Origin: an uncultured Gemmatimonadales bacterium
GTDB lineage: Bacteria; Gemmatimonadota; Gemmatimonadetes; Longimicrobiales; RSA9
NCBI GenBank assembly: GCA_963798085.1
Contig: CAWCRS010000005.1
Location: forward strand, 256,001 to 320,000
Reading direction: 5' to 3'
Length of the DNA stretch: 64,000 bases
Below the pieces are notes generated by a model, which searched no databases, was not told the DNA's origin, and worked only from the letters and a program-made list of their open reading frames with translations. A program made the translations under genes and the position numbers. This document shows, in pieces, positions 1 through 9,787 of the stretch; positions within the stretch are counted from its first letter, which is position 1; each line of letters opens with the position of its first letter.

Positions 1-58
1 TGGCGCAGCGGCCCGAGAGCACGGACGCGGCGGCGTCGCCTGCGGCCGGGTCCCGCTG

Positions 59-1093
59 ATGGAATTCACGTTCCGCTGGTTCGGCGACACGGACCCGGTC
101 AACCTCCAGCACATCCGCCAGATCCCCGGCATCACCGGCATTGTCAGCGCGCTCTACGACGTCGTCGTCGGGGAGGTGTGGCCCCGCGATGCACTGGCAC
201 AGCTGGCTGAGCGCATCACCGGCGAGGGATTCCGCTTCGCGGTGGTGGAGAGCATACCGGTACACGAGGACATCAAACTCGGCCGGCCCACGCGCGATCG
301 CCTGATCGCGAACTATTGCGCCAGCGTGCAGCACATGGGCGAGGTGGGTGTGCCCGTGCTGTGCTACAACTTCATGCCCGTGTTCGACTGGCTGCGCACG
401 TCGCTCGATCTGCCGCTCGCCGACGGATCGATTGCGCTGGCCTACGACGACGCCGAACTGGCGCGGCTCGACGCGCAGAAGACCGATGTGGCGCTGCCCG
501 GCTGGGGCGCGCGCTACACCCGCGCCGAGCTGCAGGCGCTGCGCGCCGCGTACTCGACTGTTACTGCCGAGCAGCTCTGGGAAAACCTGGCGTACTTCCT
601 CGAGCGCGTCGTGCCCGTCGCAGCGGAGGCCGGCGTGCACCTCGCGATCCATCCGGATGATCCGCCGTGGCCAGTGCTGGGCCTGCCCCGCATCATCACG
701 GACGCGGCCGCGCTGGCTCGCCTGACCACCCTCGTCGACAGCCCCGTGAACGGCGTCACCTTCTGCACCGGCTCGCTGGGGGCACTGCCTTTCAACGATC
801 TGCCTGGCATGATCCGGGCTCTGCGCGGGCGCATCCATTTCACGCACTGCCGCAACGTGCACAGCACCGGTCCGCGGCGCTTCCACGAGACCGCGCACCC
901 GACGGCCTGCGGCGATGTCGACATGCTGGCGGTGCTGCGTGCCCTGCGTGAAATCGCCTTCGATGGCCCGCTGCGGCCCGATCACGGCCGCATGATCTGG
1001 GACAGACTCGGGCGACCCGGCTACGGCCTGCACGACCGGGCCCTGGGCGCCATGTACCTGCAGGGACTCTGGGAAGCGATAACGCGCGGTTAA
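59..1093 (+). CDS. uxuA: Mannonate dehydratase
   Basis: FRWFG..D N-terminus, VVESIPVHEDIK, CYNFMPVFDWLRT, AIHPDDPP, RPDHGR and PGYGLHDRALG motifs. Confidence 0.95.
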   Translation: MEFTFRWFGDTDPVNLQHIRQIPGITGIVSALYDVVVGEVWPRDALAQLAERITGEGFRFAVVESIPVHEDIKLGRPTRDRLIANYCASVQHMGEVGVPVLCYNFMPVFDWLRTSLDLPLADGSIALAYDDAELARLDAQKTDVALPGWGARYTRAELQALRAAYSTVTAEQLWENLAYFLERVVPVAAEAGVHLAIHPDDPPWPVLGLPRIITDAAALARLTTLVDSPVNGVTFCTGSLGALPFNDLPGMIRALRGRIHFTHCRNVHSTGPRRFHETAHPTACGDVDMLAVLRALREIAFDGPLRPDHGRMIWDRLGRPGYGLHDRALGAMYLQGLWEAITRG

Positions 1094-1121
1094 GGAACTC
1101 TCCTGTGGAGCTGCGAAGCCC

Positions 1122-1769
1122 GTGACTGACAACGTGCTGGGAACGATACGACGGCTCAGGCTCGTGCCCGTCATCGTCATCGGCGAGCCCTCGCAGGCCG
1201 TGCCCCTGGCACAGACGCTGAGCGCCGCCGGCCTGCCCATCGCCGAGATTACCTTCCGCACTCGCGCCGCGGCGGAATCCCTGCGCCGCATCGCCGCGGA
1301 ACAACCCGATGTGCTGGTGGGCGCGGGCACCGTGCTCACGCGCGACCAGGCCGCCGAGGCCCGGGCCGCGGGTGCGCATTTCGTGGTATCGCCCGGATTC
1401 CACTGGCGCGTCGTCGACTACTGCCAGGAGCACGAGCTGCCCGTGTTCCCGGGCGTGTGCACGCCCAGCGAGATCGGCGAAGCGCTGGACAGCGGGCTGC
1501 GCGTGGTGAAGTTCTTCCCGGCCGAAGCCATGGGCGGCCTGCCGTTCCTCAAGGCCATTGCCGCTCCGTTCGGCGACATCGAATTCATTCCCACAGGCGG
1601 CATCAACGCGGGCAATCTGGCCAGCTATCTCGCCCTGCCCGTCGTGGCCGCCTGCGGCGGCTCGTGGATGGCGCCGCGCGAGTGGATTGATAACGGCGAG
1701 TTCACGCGCATCCGCGCCGAGACCGAGCGCGCCCTCACGCTCATGCGACCCGACATGGTGGCGCACTGA
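1122..1769 (+). CDS. eda: KDPG/KHG aldolase
   Basis: [19 protein letters not shown] and PTGGIN motifs; in an operon with uxuA and kdgK. Confidence 0.95.
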   Translation: MTDNVLGTIRRLRLVPVIVIGEPSQAVPLAQTLSAAGLPIAEITFRTRAAAESLRRIAAEQPDVLVGAGTVLTRDQAAEARAAGAHFVVSPGFHWRVVDYCQEHELPVFPGVCTPSEIGEALDSGLRVVKFFPAEAMGGLPFLKAIAAPFGDIEFIPTGGINAGNLASYLALPVVAACGGSWMAPREWIDNGEFTRIRAETERALTLMRPDMVAH

Positions 1770-1770
1770 C

Positions 1771-2802
1771 ATGGGCGCGCGCGTCGTTACCCTCGGCGAG
1801 ATCATGCTGCGGCTCAAGTCGCCGGCACACGAACGCCTGTTCCAGTCGCCGGTGCTGGAAGCCACGTTCGGCGGCGCCGAGAGCAATGTGGCCGTGTCGC
1901 TCGCCAATTTCGGTGCGGCTGCAACCTTCGTCACCGCGCTGCCGGCGGGTCCGCTCGGCGATGCCGCCATCGCCGAACTGCGCCGCTTCGGCGTCGACAC
2001 CCGCCACATCGTGCGCCAGGGCGAGCGCATGGGCATCTACTTCCTCGAGGCGGGCGCCAACCAGCGGCCCAGCAAGGTCGTGTACGACCGCGCCCACGCC
2101 GCCATCGCCATCGCGCAGCCGCGGGACTTCGACTGGGACGCAATCTTCGAGGGCGCGGACTGGTTCCACATCAGCGGCGTCACGCCCGCCATCAGCGCCG
2201 CCGCCGCCGAGCTGTCGCTGGAAGCGGTGCGCCAGGCGAGGGCGCACGGCGCGACCGTGTCCTGCGACTACAATTACCGCGGCAACCTCTGGAAGTACGG
2301 CAGGCCCGCGCCCGCCGTGATGCGCGAGCTGGTCGCGCACGTGCAGGTCGGCATTGCCAACGAGGAAGACTGCCAGAAGTCGCTGGGCATCGAAGTCGCT
2401 GTCGATGTGCACGGCGGCACACTGGATCCCGCGCAATACCGCACGCTGGCCGAGCGCGTGCTCGAGCAGTTTCCCGGCCTCGCCAAACAGGTCATTACAC
2501 TGCGCGAGAGCCGCAGCGCGGACCACAACCGCTGGAGCGCCTGCCTGCACGATCGCCAGAACTTCTGGCTCAGCCGCAGCTACGACATTGCCCACATCGT
2601 GGATCGCGTGGGCGGCGGCGATGCCTTCGCAGCCGGTCTCATCCACAGCCTGCGCGCCGGGAACGACGCGCAGCGGGCGCTCGAGTTCGCCACGGCCGCC
2701 AGCTGCCTCAAACACTCGGTTCCCGGCGACTTCAATCGCGTGACCTCGGCCGAAGTCGAGTCTCTCCTGCGCGGCGACGCCAGCGGCCGCGTCCAGCGAT
2801 GA
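1771..2802 (+). CDS. kdgK: 2-keto-3-deoxygluconate kinase (PfkB family)
   Basis: [22 protein letters not shown] and [12 protein letters not shown]; start trimmed to the ATG at 1771 directly after the eda stop. Confidence 0.9.
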   Translation: MGARVVTLGEIMLRLKSPAHERLFQSPVLEATFGGAESNVAVSLANFGAAATFVTALPAGPLGDAAIAELRRFGVDTRHIVRQGERMGIYFLEAGANQRPSKVVYDRAHAAIAIAQPRDFDWDAIFEGADWFHISGVTPAISAAAAELSLEAVRQARAHGATVSCDYNYRGNLWKYGRPAPAVMRELVAHVQVGIANEEDCQKSLGIEVAVDVHGGTLDPAQYRTLAERVLEQFPGLAKQVITLRESRSADHNRWSACLHDRQNFWLSRSYDIAHIVDRVGGGDAFAAGLIHSLRAGNDAQRALEFATAASCLKHSVPGDFNRVTSAEVESLLRGDASGRVQR

Positions 2803-4091
2803 ACACGGCGGGGCACGACACGGAGTCCGCATCTCCGCCGCGCATCGGCTACCGCTGGACCATCGTGGCGCTGCTCTTTGCCGCCACAACCATCAATTAC
2901 ATCGATCGCCAGGTGCTCGGCATCCTGGCACCCACACTCCAGTCCCAGCTGCACTGGAGCGAAGTCGATTACGCCAACATCGTCTCGTGGTTCAGCCTCG
3001 CCTACGGCATTGGCCTGCTCTTCATGGGCCGCGTGCTCGACTGGATCGGCGCCCGCCGCGGCTTCGCCTTCTCCATCGTCGTGTGGAGCCTGGCCGCCAT
3101 GGGCCACGCCTTCACCGCAACGGCGCGCGGCTTCTCCATCGCCCGCGCACTCCTGGGCCTGGGCGAATCCGGCAACTTCCCCGGCGCCATCAAGACCGTC
3201 GCGGAATGGTTCCCCAAGCGCGAGCGCGCCCTCGCCACCGGCGTCTTCAATGCGGGCAGCAATGTGGGCGCCGTCCTGGCGCCGCTGGCCGTGCCCTGGA
3301 TCGCGCTGACCTGGGGCTGGCGCTGGGCCTTCATCAGCACCGGTGCGCTCGGTTTCCTCTGGCTCATCGTGTGGCTCGCGATGTACCAGCAGCCGGAAAC
3401 GCACCCGCGCGTCTCCAGCGCCGAGCTGGCCCTGATTCAGAGCGACCCGCCCGAGCCGCGCGGCCACATGCCGTGGCTCAGCCTGATCGCACACCGCCAG
3501 ACCTGGGCGTTCATCGCGGGCAAGTCGATGACCGATCCGGTCTGGCTCTTCTACCTGTTCTGGCTGCCCAAATTCCTTGATACGAACTTCGGCGTGAGAC
3601 TCTCCGCCCTGGCCACGCCGCTCATCGTGATCTACGTCTTCGCCGACTTCGGCTCCGTCGCCGGCGGCTGGCTCTCCAGCCACCTCATCAAGCGAGGCTG
3701 GAGCATCAACCGCGGACGCAAGACGACGATGCTCGTCGCCGCTCTGCTCATTGTCCCCACCCTCTTCGCGCCCTCGGCCCGCAGCCTGGCCGTCGCGGTA
3801 GGACTCGTCAGCATCGCTGCTGCCGCCCACCAGTGGTGGTCCGCCAACCTGTTCACCACCGTCAGCGACATGTTTCCCCGCCGCGCCGTCGCCTCCGTGA
3901 TCGGCATTGGCGGTTTCTGCGGCGCCATGAGCAGCATGCTCTTCCAGCGCCTCACCGGCCACATCCTCCAGGCCAATCATGGCGACTACCGGCCGATTTT
4001 CTTCTTCTGCGGCGGTGCCTATGTGGCCGCGCTCGCGCTCCTCCACCTGCTCGCGCCTCGCCTCGAACCTGCTACCGTGGCGGACAAATGA
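2799..4091 (+). CDS. exuT: MFS hexuronate transporter (ExuT-like)
   Basis: [51 protein letters not shown]; about 12 hydrophobic segments. Confidence 0.85.
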   Translation: MNTAGHDTESASPPRIGYRWTIVALLFAATTINYIDRQVLGILAPTLQSQLHWSEVDYANIVSWFSLAYGIGLLFMGRVLDWIGARRGFAFSIVVWSLAAMGHAFTATARGFSIARALLGLGESGNFPGAIKTVAEWFPKRERALATGVFNAGSNVGAVLAPLAVPWIALTWGWRWAFISTGALGFLWLIVWLAMYQQPETHPRVSSAELALIQSDPPEPRGHMPWLSLIAHRQTWAFIAGKSMTDPVWLFYLFWLPKFLDTNFGVRLSALATPLIVIYVFADFGSVAGGWLSSHLIKRGWSINRGRKTTMLVAALLIVPTLFAPSARSLAVAVGLVSIAAAAHQWWSANLFTTVSDMFPRRAVASVIGIGGFCGAMSSMLFQRLTGHILQANHGDYRPIFFFCGGAYVAALALLHLLAPRLEPATVADK

Positions 4092-4094
4092 GCC

Positions 4095-4140
4095 TTGACA
4101 GCCGCGAACGGGCCAGCGTAGGCTATGAGTCATAATATGA
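4095..4140 (+). promoter_or_regulatory. Sigma70-type promoter with a downstream palindromic operator
   Basis: TTGACA (4095-4100), 18 nt, TAGGCT (4119-4124), then the AT-rich palindrome TCATA-A-TATGA (4130-4140). Confidence 0.6.
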
Positions 4141-4300
4141 ATTTATCACGGCTCCCTGCCGCGTCTCCCGCGGAGCGCCGCCGTCTTCACACCGAATCCT
4201 GCTGGGACAGTCGCCTTGGGCGGCGCCGATCGCCGCGGATTGCCGGGGAGCGGGGGCTCCCGGGCTGGTGATCCAGTCACCGCGGATCACGGTGGATTGA

Positions 4301-5543
4301 ATGAAAATCATCGATCTCCGGGCTACGCCCGTGACCGTTCCGCTCGGTGGGGCCCTGCGTCACGCCAATGGCTGCCATTGGGGCCGCTTCGTCCGCACCA
4401 TCATCGAGGTGGAAACCGATGATGGCCTGATCGGACTGGGTGAGATGGGCGGCGGCGGCGAGAGCGCGGTGGCGGCCTTCGACGCGCTCAAGCCCTATCT
4501 GCTGGGGCGCGATCCGGCTCGACTCGAGGAAATGCGCTTCCTCATCGCCAACCCCACCGCGTCGCTCTACAACAACAGGACGCAGATGCTGGCGGCGCTC
4601 GAATTCGCCTGCCTCGACATCCTGGGACAGCGCTGGGGCGTGCCGGTTTCCGAGATCCTGGGCGGCCGGCTGCGGGACCACGTGCAGTTCGCGTCCTACC
4701 TGTTCTTCCGCTATCCCAACGACGGCGCGGGCGGCGAGGTGCGCACGATCGAGCAGCTGCTGGCGGAGGCGAGGCAGCTCAGGGAGCGGCACGGCTTCCG
4801 CACGCACAAGCTGAAGGGCGGTGTCTTCCCGCCCGAGTACGAGCTGGAATGCTACCGCGCGCTGGCGCACGCCTTTCCCGAGGACAGTCTGCGCTTCGAT
4901 CCGAACGGTGCGTGGTCGGTGGAACGGGCGCTCTGGTTCGCCAATCGCATCGAGGACCTGAACAACGACTATCTCGAGGATCCCGTCTTCGGCCTGCATG
5001 GCATGCGACGGGTGCGCGAGAGGGTGCGCATTCCACTCGCCACCAACACCGTCGATCGTGTCCTTCGAGCAGCTGGCCGCGAACGTGCTCGAGACCGCGG
5101 TCGACGTGATCCTGCTGGATACCACGTTCTGGGGCGGCATCCGCGCCTGCGTGAAGGCGGCCGGCATCTGCGAGGCGTTCCAGCTGGGCGTCGCGGTGCA
5201 CTCATCGGGAGAACTGGGAATTCAGCTGGCGACGATGCTCCATCTGGGCGCCGTCGTGCCTAACCTCACGTTTGCCGCGGACGCCCACTACCACCACCTG
5301 CTGGATGACGTGATCGAAGGCGGCAAGCTGGACTACTGCTGCGGCTCTATCGCGGTGCCCACCTCGCCCGGCCTGGGCGTGAAGCTCGACCGCGACCGCG
5401 TCGGCAAGTATCACGAGCTGTTCCTGCGTCTGGGGAGCTACCCGTACGATCAGGACCCGCTGCGTCCCGGCTGGATCCCGCTCATCCCCAATCAGTCGTG
5501 GGCGGATCCCGGCGACGAGCGGGTGCCCGCAATCCCGCGCTGA
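4301..5543 (+). CDS. Enolase-superfamily sugar-acid dehydratase, glucarate dehydratase subgroup; one frameshift near 5054
   Basis: KLKGG, RFDPNG, YLEDP, ATNT and VHS motifs. ORFs 4301..5263 and 4998..5543 join if one base is removed at about 5054 (TNTV-IVSFEQ). Confidence 0.8.
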
Positions 5544-5548
5544 GCGCC

Positions 5549-6311
5549 ATGCAACCGGTGTGGCGGCGCACATGGGCCGCGGCAATGCCCGCGCTGCTCC
5601 TCGCCCTGACAGCACCCGCACCTCGAGCGGAAGACGGCTACGAGCTGTGGCTGCGCTATCGCAGAGTCGGCGATCCGGCGCGGCTGGCGGAGTATCGCGC
5701 GGCAATCACGCATCTGATCGCAGGCGGAGGCGGCCGTGAACTACATGACGCCGCTGGGCCTCGTGCACCTCACGGGTGAAGGGCATCACTACGGTCCCGC
5801 GGCCTGGGTGTCGGCTGGACCGCGCGCCGACTGGGCCAATGTCTGCTTCCACCGCGCCGACACGCCGGGCATCGGCTTCGATCGCACGGCCGGCGGCAGC
5901 AATGCCGTGGCGCAGTACTTTCCGCCCGTGCGCGACCGCTGCGGCAACCGTGAATCGGTGCCCGATTCCCTGCTGCTGTTCTTCCATCGCGTGCGCTGGG
6001 ACGAGAAGCTGCGCTCGGGACGCACTCTCTGGGAAGAGCTGGTGCACCGCTACAACGCCGGCGTCGACAGCGTGCGCGTCCTGCAGCGCACGTGGGACGC
6101 ACTGGCGGGCCGGATCGACGAAGAGCGCTTCCGCGAGGTGCAGGCCTTCCTGCGCATCCAGGAGAAAGAGGCGCGCTGGTGGCGCGATGCGTGTGTGCTC
6201 TGCTTCCAGACGTTGTCGCGCATGCCCGTTCCACCGGGCTACGGGCCGCCCGAACACTCGCTCGAATACTACCGTTCGCTCGTCTTCCGCTACGTGCCCG
6301 GCAGTGGCTGA
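5549..6311 (+). pseudogene. GH67 alpha-glucuronidase remnant with a large internal deletion
   Basis: Signal peptide plus EDGYELWLRY (GH67 N-terminus) joined out of frame at about 5715-5730 to EAAVNYMTPLGL..GHHYGP, GIGFDRT and LLLFFH (GH67 C-terminus); the catalytic middle is absent. Confidence 0.85.
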
Positions 6312-6372
6312 TGCCGGCGGGCCCGTGCGCTGATAACACGATGTTCCTCACAACACGACCGGTGCCGGGACC

Positions 6373-7551
6373 ATGAATACAACGACTGCAGGCGACGCGT
6401 ACACGCCGCGTCCGGAGCATCACTTCACGTTCGGCCTCTGGACCGTGGGCAATGTCGGACGGGACCCCTTCGGCGAGGCCGTGCGTCCGCCGCTCCCGCC
6501 CGTGCGCATCGTCGAGAAGCTGGCCGGACTGGGCGCTTATGGCGTCAATCTGCACGACAACGACCTCGTCCCCGCGAGTGCCTCCGCCGCCGAGCGCGAT
6601 CGCATTGTGCGCGAATTCCGCGTGGCGCTCGACGCCACCGGCATGCGCGTGCCCATGGCGACCACGAACCTCTTCAGCGATCCCGTCTTCCGCGATGGCG
6701 CCTTCACCAGCAACGACGCCCGCGTGCGCGCCTACGCCATCCAGAAGACCATGTCCGCGATCGATCTGGGCGTAGAGCTGGGCGCGACGATCTACGTCTG
6801 CTGGGGTGGCCGCGAAGGCGCAGAAACCAACGCGGCGCGGGACCCGCGCAGTGCCATCGCATGGTACCGCGATGCCATCAACTTCCTGTGCGACTACGTG
6901 ATCGCGCAGGGGTACGACCTGAAGTTCGCACTCGAAGCCAAGCCCAACGAGCCGCGCGGCGACATCTACCTCGCCACTACCGGCCACATGCTCGCGTTCA
7001 TCCAGACACTCGATCACCCCGATCTCGTGGGCGTGAATCCCGAGGTCGCGCACGAGCAGATGGCGGGCCTCGATTTCTCACACGGCGTGGCGCAGGCGCT
7101 GGACGCGGGCAAACTCTTTCATATCGACCTGAACGGGCAGAAGCCGGGTCGCTTCGATCAGGACCTGCGCTTCGCCAGCGATGATCCCAAAGCGGCGTTC
7201 TTCCTCGTCAAGCTGCTGCGCGACGCGCAGTGGAACGGCATGCGTCACTTCAATGCGCACGCCTATCGCACTGAAGATGAAGAAGGTGTCTGGGACTTTG
7301 CGCGCGGCTGCATGCGCAGCTATCTGATCCTCGACGAGAAAGCACAGCGCTTCAACGCCGATCCCGAGATCCAGCAGTTGCTCGCAGAGATCACCGGCCG
7401 CGGCGGCGATTCCGCTCGCATCACTTTCAGCCCCGAAGGCCTGACTCGGCTGCGCCAGCAGAGCTTCGATCTGCCGGCCATGCGCGCCGCCGGCTACCGC
7501 TACGAGCGACTCGACCAGCTCACCATGGAGCTGCTGCTCGGAATCCGCTGA
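6373..7551 (+). CDS. xylA: Xylose isomerase (short, class I type)
   Basis: [50 protein letters not shown]. Confidence 0.93.
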   Translation: MNTTTAGDAYTPRPEHHFTFGLWTVGNVGRDPFGEAVRPPLPPVRIVEKLAGLGAYGVNLHDNDLVPASASAAERDRIVREFRVALDATGMRVPMATTNLFSDPVFRDGAFTSNDARVRAYAIQKTMSAIDLGVELGATIYVCWGGREGAETNAARDPRSAIAWYRDAINFLCDYVIAQGYDLKFALEAKPNEPRGDIYLATTGHMLAFIQTLDHPDLVGVNPEVAHEQMAGLDFSHGVAQALDAGKLFHIDLNGQKPGRFDQDLRFASDDPKAAFFLVKLLRDAQWNGMRHFNAHAYRTEDEEGVWDFARGCMRSYLILDEKAQRFNADPEIQQLLAEITGRGGDSARITFSPEGLTRLRQQSFDLPAMRAAGYRYERLDQLTMELLLGIR

Positions 7552-7609
7552 GCACGGCACATCGGCGCGCGGCCGCGACGCCCATGCGTGCGGTCAGGGT
7601 CTCGTCTTG

Positions 7610-7790
7610 GGCGGGGCGGGTGACCCTCGCGCCAGGGGAGACCCGGACCGTAACCTTCGAGCCGGGTCCCGAGCACCTGCAGCATCACTTTCGCGGCATG
7701 AAGCTCGTGGTCGAGCCCGGCACGTCCAGGTCCTGGCCGGCGGCAACTCGGTCAATGTCATGTCCACGGGTCTCGAGGTGCGCAGCGCCG
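7610..7790 (+). pseudogene. C-terminal fibronectin-III-like fragment of a GH3 beta-glucosidase/xylosidase
   Basis: RVTLAPGETRTVTFE.GPEHL...MKLVVEPGT, frameshift near 7725, then QVLAGGNS...LEV, the typical GH3 Fn3 tail; no upstream catalytic domains; boundaries approximate. Confidence 0.7.
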
Positions 7791-7888
7791 CACCGCCCGG
7801 GGCGGCAGCATCCGTGACCCTGATGATGCACCTGTGGGTGGGGGGGAGGCGTGGTGTGAGTAAAGCCGTGCACCGCGGAGAGCACGCC

Positions 7889-8608
7889 ATGAGTGACGCG
7901 TTCAGGCCCGTTACGAAACAGAGTCTTTCGGATCGTCTCGCTCGCCGCATCCGCGCTCTGATTCAGGCCGGCGAGTACCAGGAAGGCGATCGCTTGCCCG
8001 CCATCATGGAGATGGCGCGACGCTTCGGCGTCGGACACCCGACAGTGCGTGAGGCGCTGAAGAAGCTGCAGACGATGGGGATCGTCGAGATCCGCCACGG
8101 CTCCGGCGTGTACGTCACACGCGGCCATGAGGTGCTCGTCGTCGCCAGCCCGGACTACGCGGGCGCCGTGACCCGGAAACTGCTGGTCGACCTCATCGAA
8201 GCGCGCATGCCGCTCGAGGTGCTGTCCGCATCGCAGGCCGCGCTGCAGGCAACGGACGAGCACCTCACGGAAATGCGGCGTCTGCTCACGACCGCCGGCC
8301 AGAACCTCGACAACGACACCGTGCTGAACGCTGCTAACATGGCGTTCCACCGCCAGATCGCGCTGGCATCGGGCAACACCGTGCTGGCGCAGCTGCTGGA
8401 TGTGCTGCAGGACCTGTTCACCGAGGAGCAGCGTCTCATCCTGGGCATTTTCGGCTCACGCGAACGCGATCACCAGGAACATCTCGGCATTCTGGAGGCG
8501 ATCGCGCAGCACGACGAACAGCTTGTTACCGATCGCATGCACGAGCACCTGGGCGGCGTCCGCGAGGCGCTGCTGCGCTGGGACCCGGAGCATCATCCGG
8601 TTTCCTGA
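7889..8608 (+). CDS. GntR family, FadR-subfamily transcriptional regulator
   Basis: wHTH GDRLP...A..FGVGHPTVREAL...GSGVYV plus FCD domain (FH..IA.ASGN, EH..I.EAI); ATG at 7889 after GGAG. Confidence 0.92.
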   Translation: MSDAFRPVTKQSLSDRLARRIRALIQAGEYQEGDRLPAIMEMARRFGVGHPTVREALKKLQTMGIVEIRHGSGVYVTRGHEVLVVASPDYAGAVTRKLLVDLIEARMPLEVLSASQAALQATDEHLTEMRRLLTTAGQNLDNDTVLNAANMAFHRQIALASGNTVLAQLLDVLQDLFTEEQRLILGIFGSRERDHQEHLGILEAIAQHDEQLVTDRMHEHLGGVREALLRWDPEHHPVS

Positions 8609-8635
8609 CTCCTGCCGGCCGCGGCACAGGCAGTC

Positions 8636-9751
8636 ATGAATGGCCGGCGCGTCCTCCGCCTTGCGGCGCGCAGCCTGCGCCTGAGCGTGCCGCTGTGCGC
8701 CTTCCTGTCGCTGGGCAATGGCTCCTGCGGCAGAAGTCCGACCGGACCCGCCATCCCGCCCGGTGACACTGCCAGCACCACGCAGACGCCGACGCTGCGC
8801 GACCTGGCCCTGCAGCGCAACCGGCGCATCGGCGCGGCAGTGGATCGACTGTTCGTGCTGCCCGAGAGCCAGGGCGGTCGCTACATGACCACGCTGGGCC
8901 GCGATTTCAATGAAGTGACGCCCGAGAACGACATGAAGCACGAGCGTCTCCAGCCCGCGCGCGGCGTGTTCCGTTTCGACCGGGCCGACTCGATCGTCGC
9001 GTATGCGGAGCGCAACGGCATGCGTGTGCGCGGACACACGCTCGTGTGGCACAGGCAGCTGGCCTCGTGGCTCACCAGCGGCAGCTGGACGCCGGAGGAA
9101 GCACGCACCCTGCTGCACGACCACATTGCGACGGTGGTGTCGCATTTCCGCGGCCAGCTGGCTGCCTGGGATGTGGTGAACGAAGCGATCGACGACGATG
9201 GGTCGCGGCGCACGACGTTCTGGTCCACGAATGTCGGACCCGACTACGTCGAGCAGGCTTTCCGCTGGGCGCACGACGCCGATCCGGACGTGCCGCTCTT
9301 CTACAACGACTACAACATCGAAGGGCTCAGCCCGAAGTCGGACTCCGTCCTGGCGATGCTCCAGGATCTGCTGCAGCGCGGCGTGCCCGTGAACGGAATC
9401 GGCTTCCAGTCGCATTTCGAAGCGGGTGGCCTGCCCTCACGCAACGCGCTCGTGCAGAACTTCGCGCGCTTTGCCGCGCTCGGTCTCCGCATCCACATCA
9501 CGGAGCTGGACATTCGCGTGCGCACGCCTGCCACTGCCGCCGACCTCGCCACACAGGCCGACGATTACGCGCTCATCACGGATGTCTGCCTGCAGACGCC
9601 CGCCTGCGAGATGATGGTGCTCTGGGGCTTCACCGACCGTGATTCGTGGATTCCGGGCACGTTCCCGGGCTGGGGCCAGGCACTCCTCTACGATGAGAAC
9701 TACGCGCCCAAATCATCGTACTGGGCCGTGTACAACCATCTCCGTTCCTGA
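8636..9751 (+). CDS. GH10 endo-1,4-beta-xylanase, secreted or lipoprotein
   Basis: TPENDMK, RGHTLVWH, WDVVNE (acid/base), YNDYN, GIGFQSH, ITELD (nucleophile), WGFTD. Confidence 0.95.
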   Translation: MNGRRVLRLAARSLRLSVPLCAFLSLGNGSCGRSPTGPAIPPGDTASTTQTPTLRDLALQRNRRIGAAVDRLFVLPESQGGRYMTTLGRDFNEVTPENDMKHERLQPARGVFRFDRADSIVAYAERNGMRVRGHTLVWHRQLASWLTSGSWTPEEARTLLHDHIATVVSHFRGQLAAWDVVNEAIDDDGSRRTTFWSTNVGPDYVEQAFRWAHDADPDVPLFYNDYNIEGLSPKSDSVLAMLQDLLQRGVPVNGIGFQSHFEAGGLPSRNALVQNFARFAALGLRIHITELDIRVRTPATAADLATQADDYALITDVCLQTPACEMMVLWGFTDRDSWIPGTFPGWGQALLYDENYAPKSSYWAVYNHLRS

Positions 9752-9787
9752 AGGCCGGAACCCCTCGAGGTCACGTCAACGCGGTAT

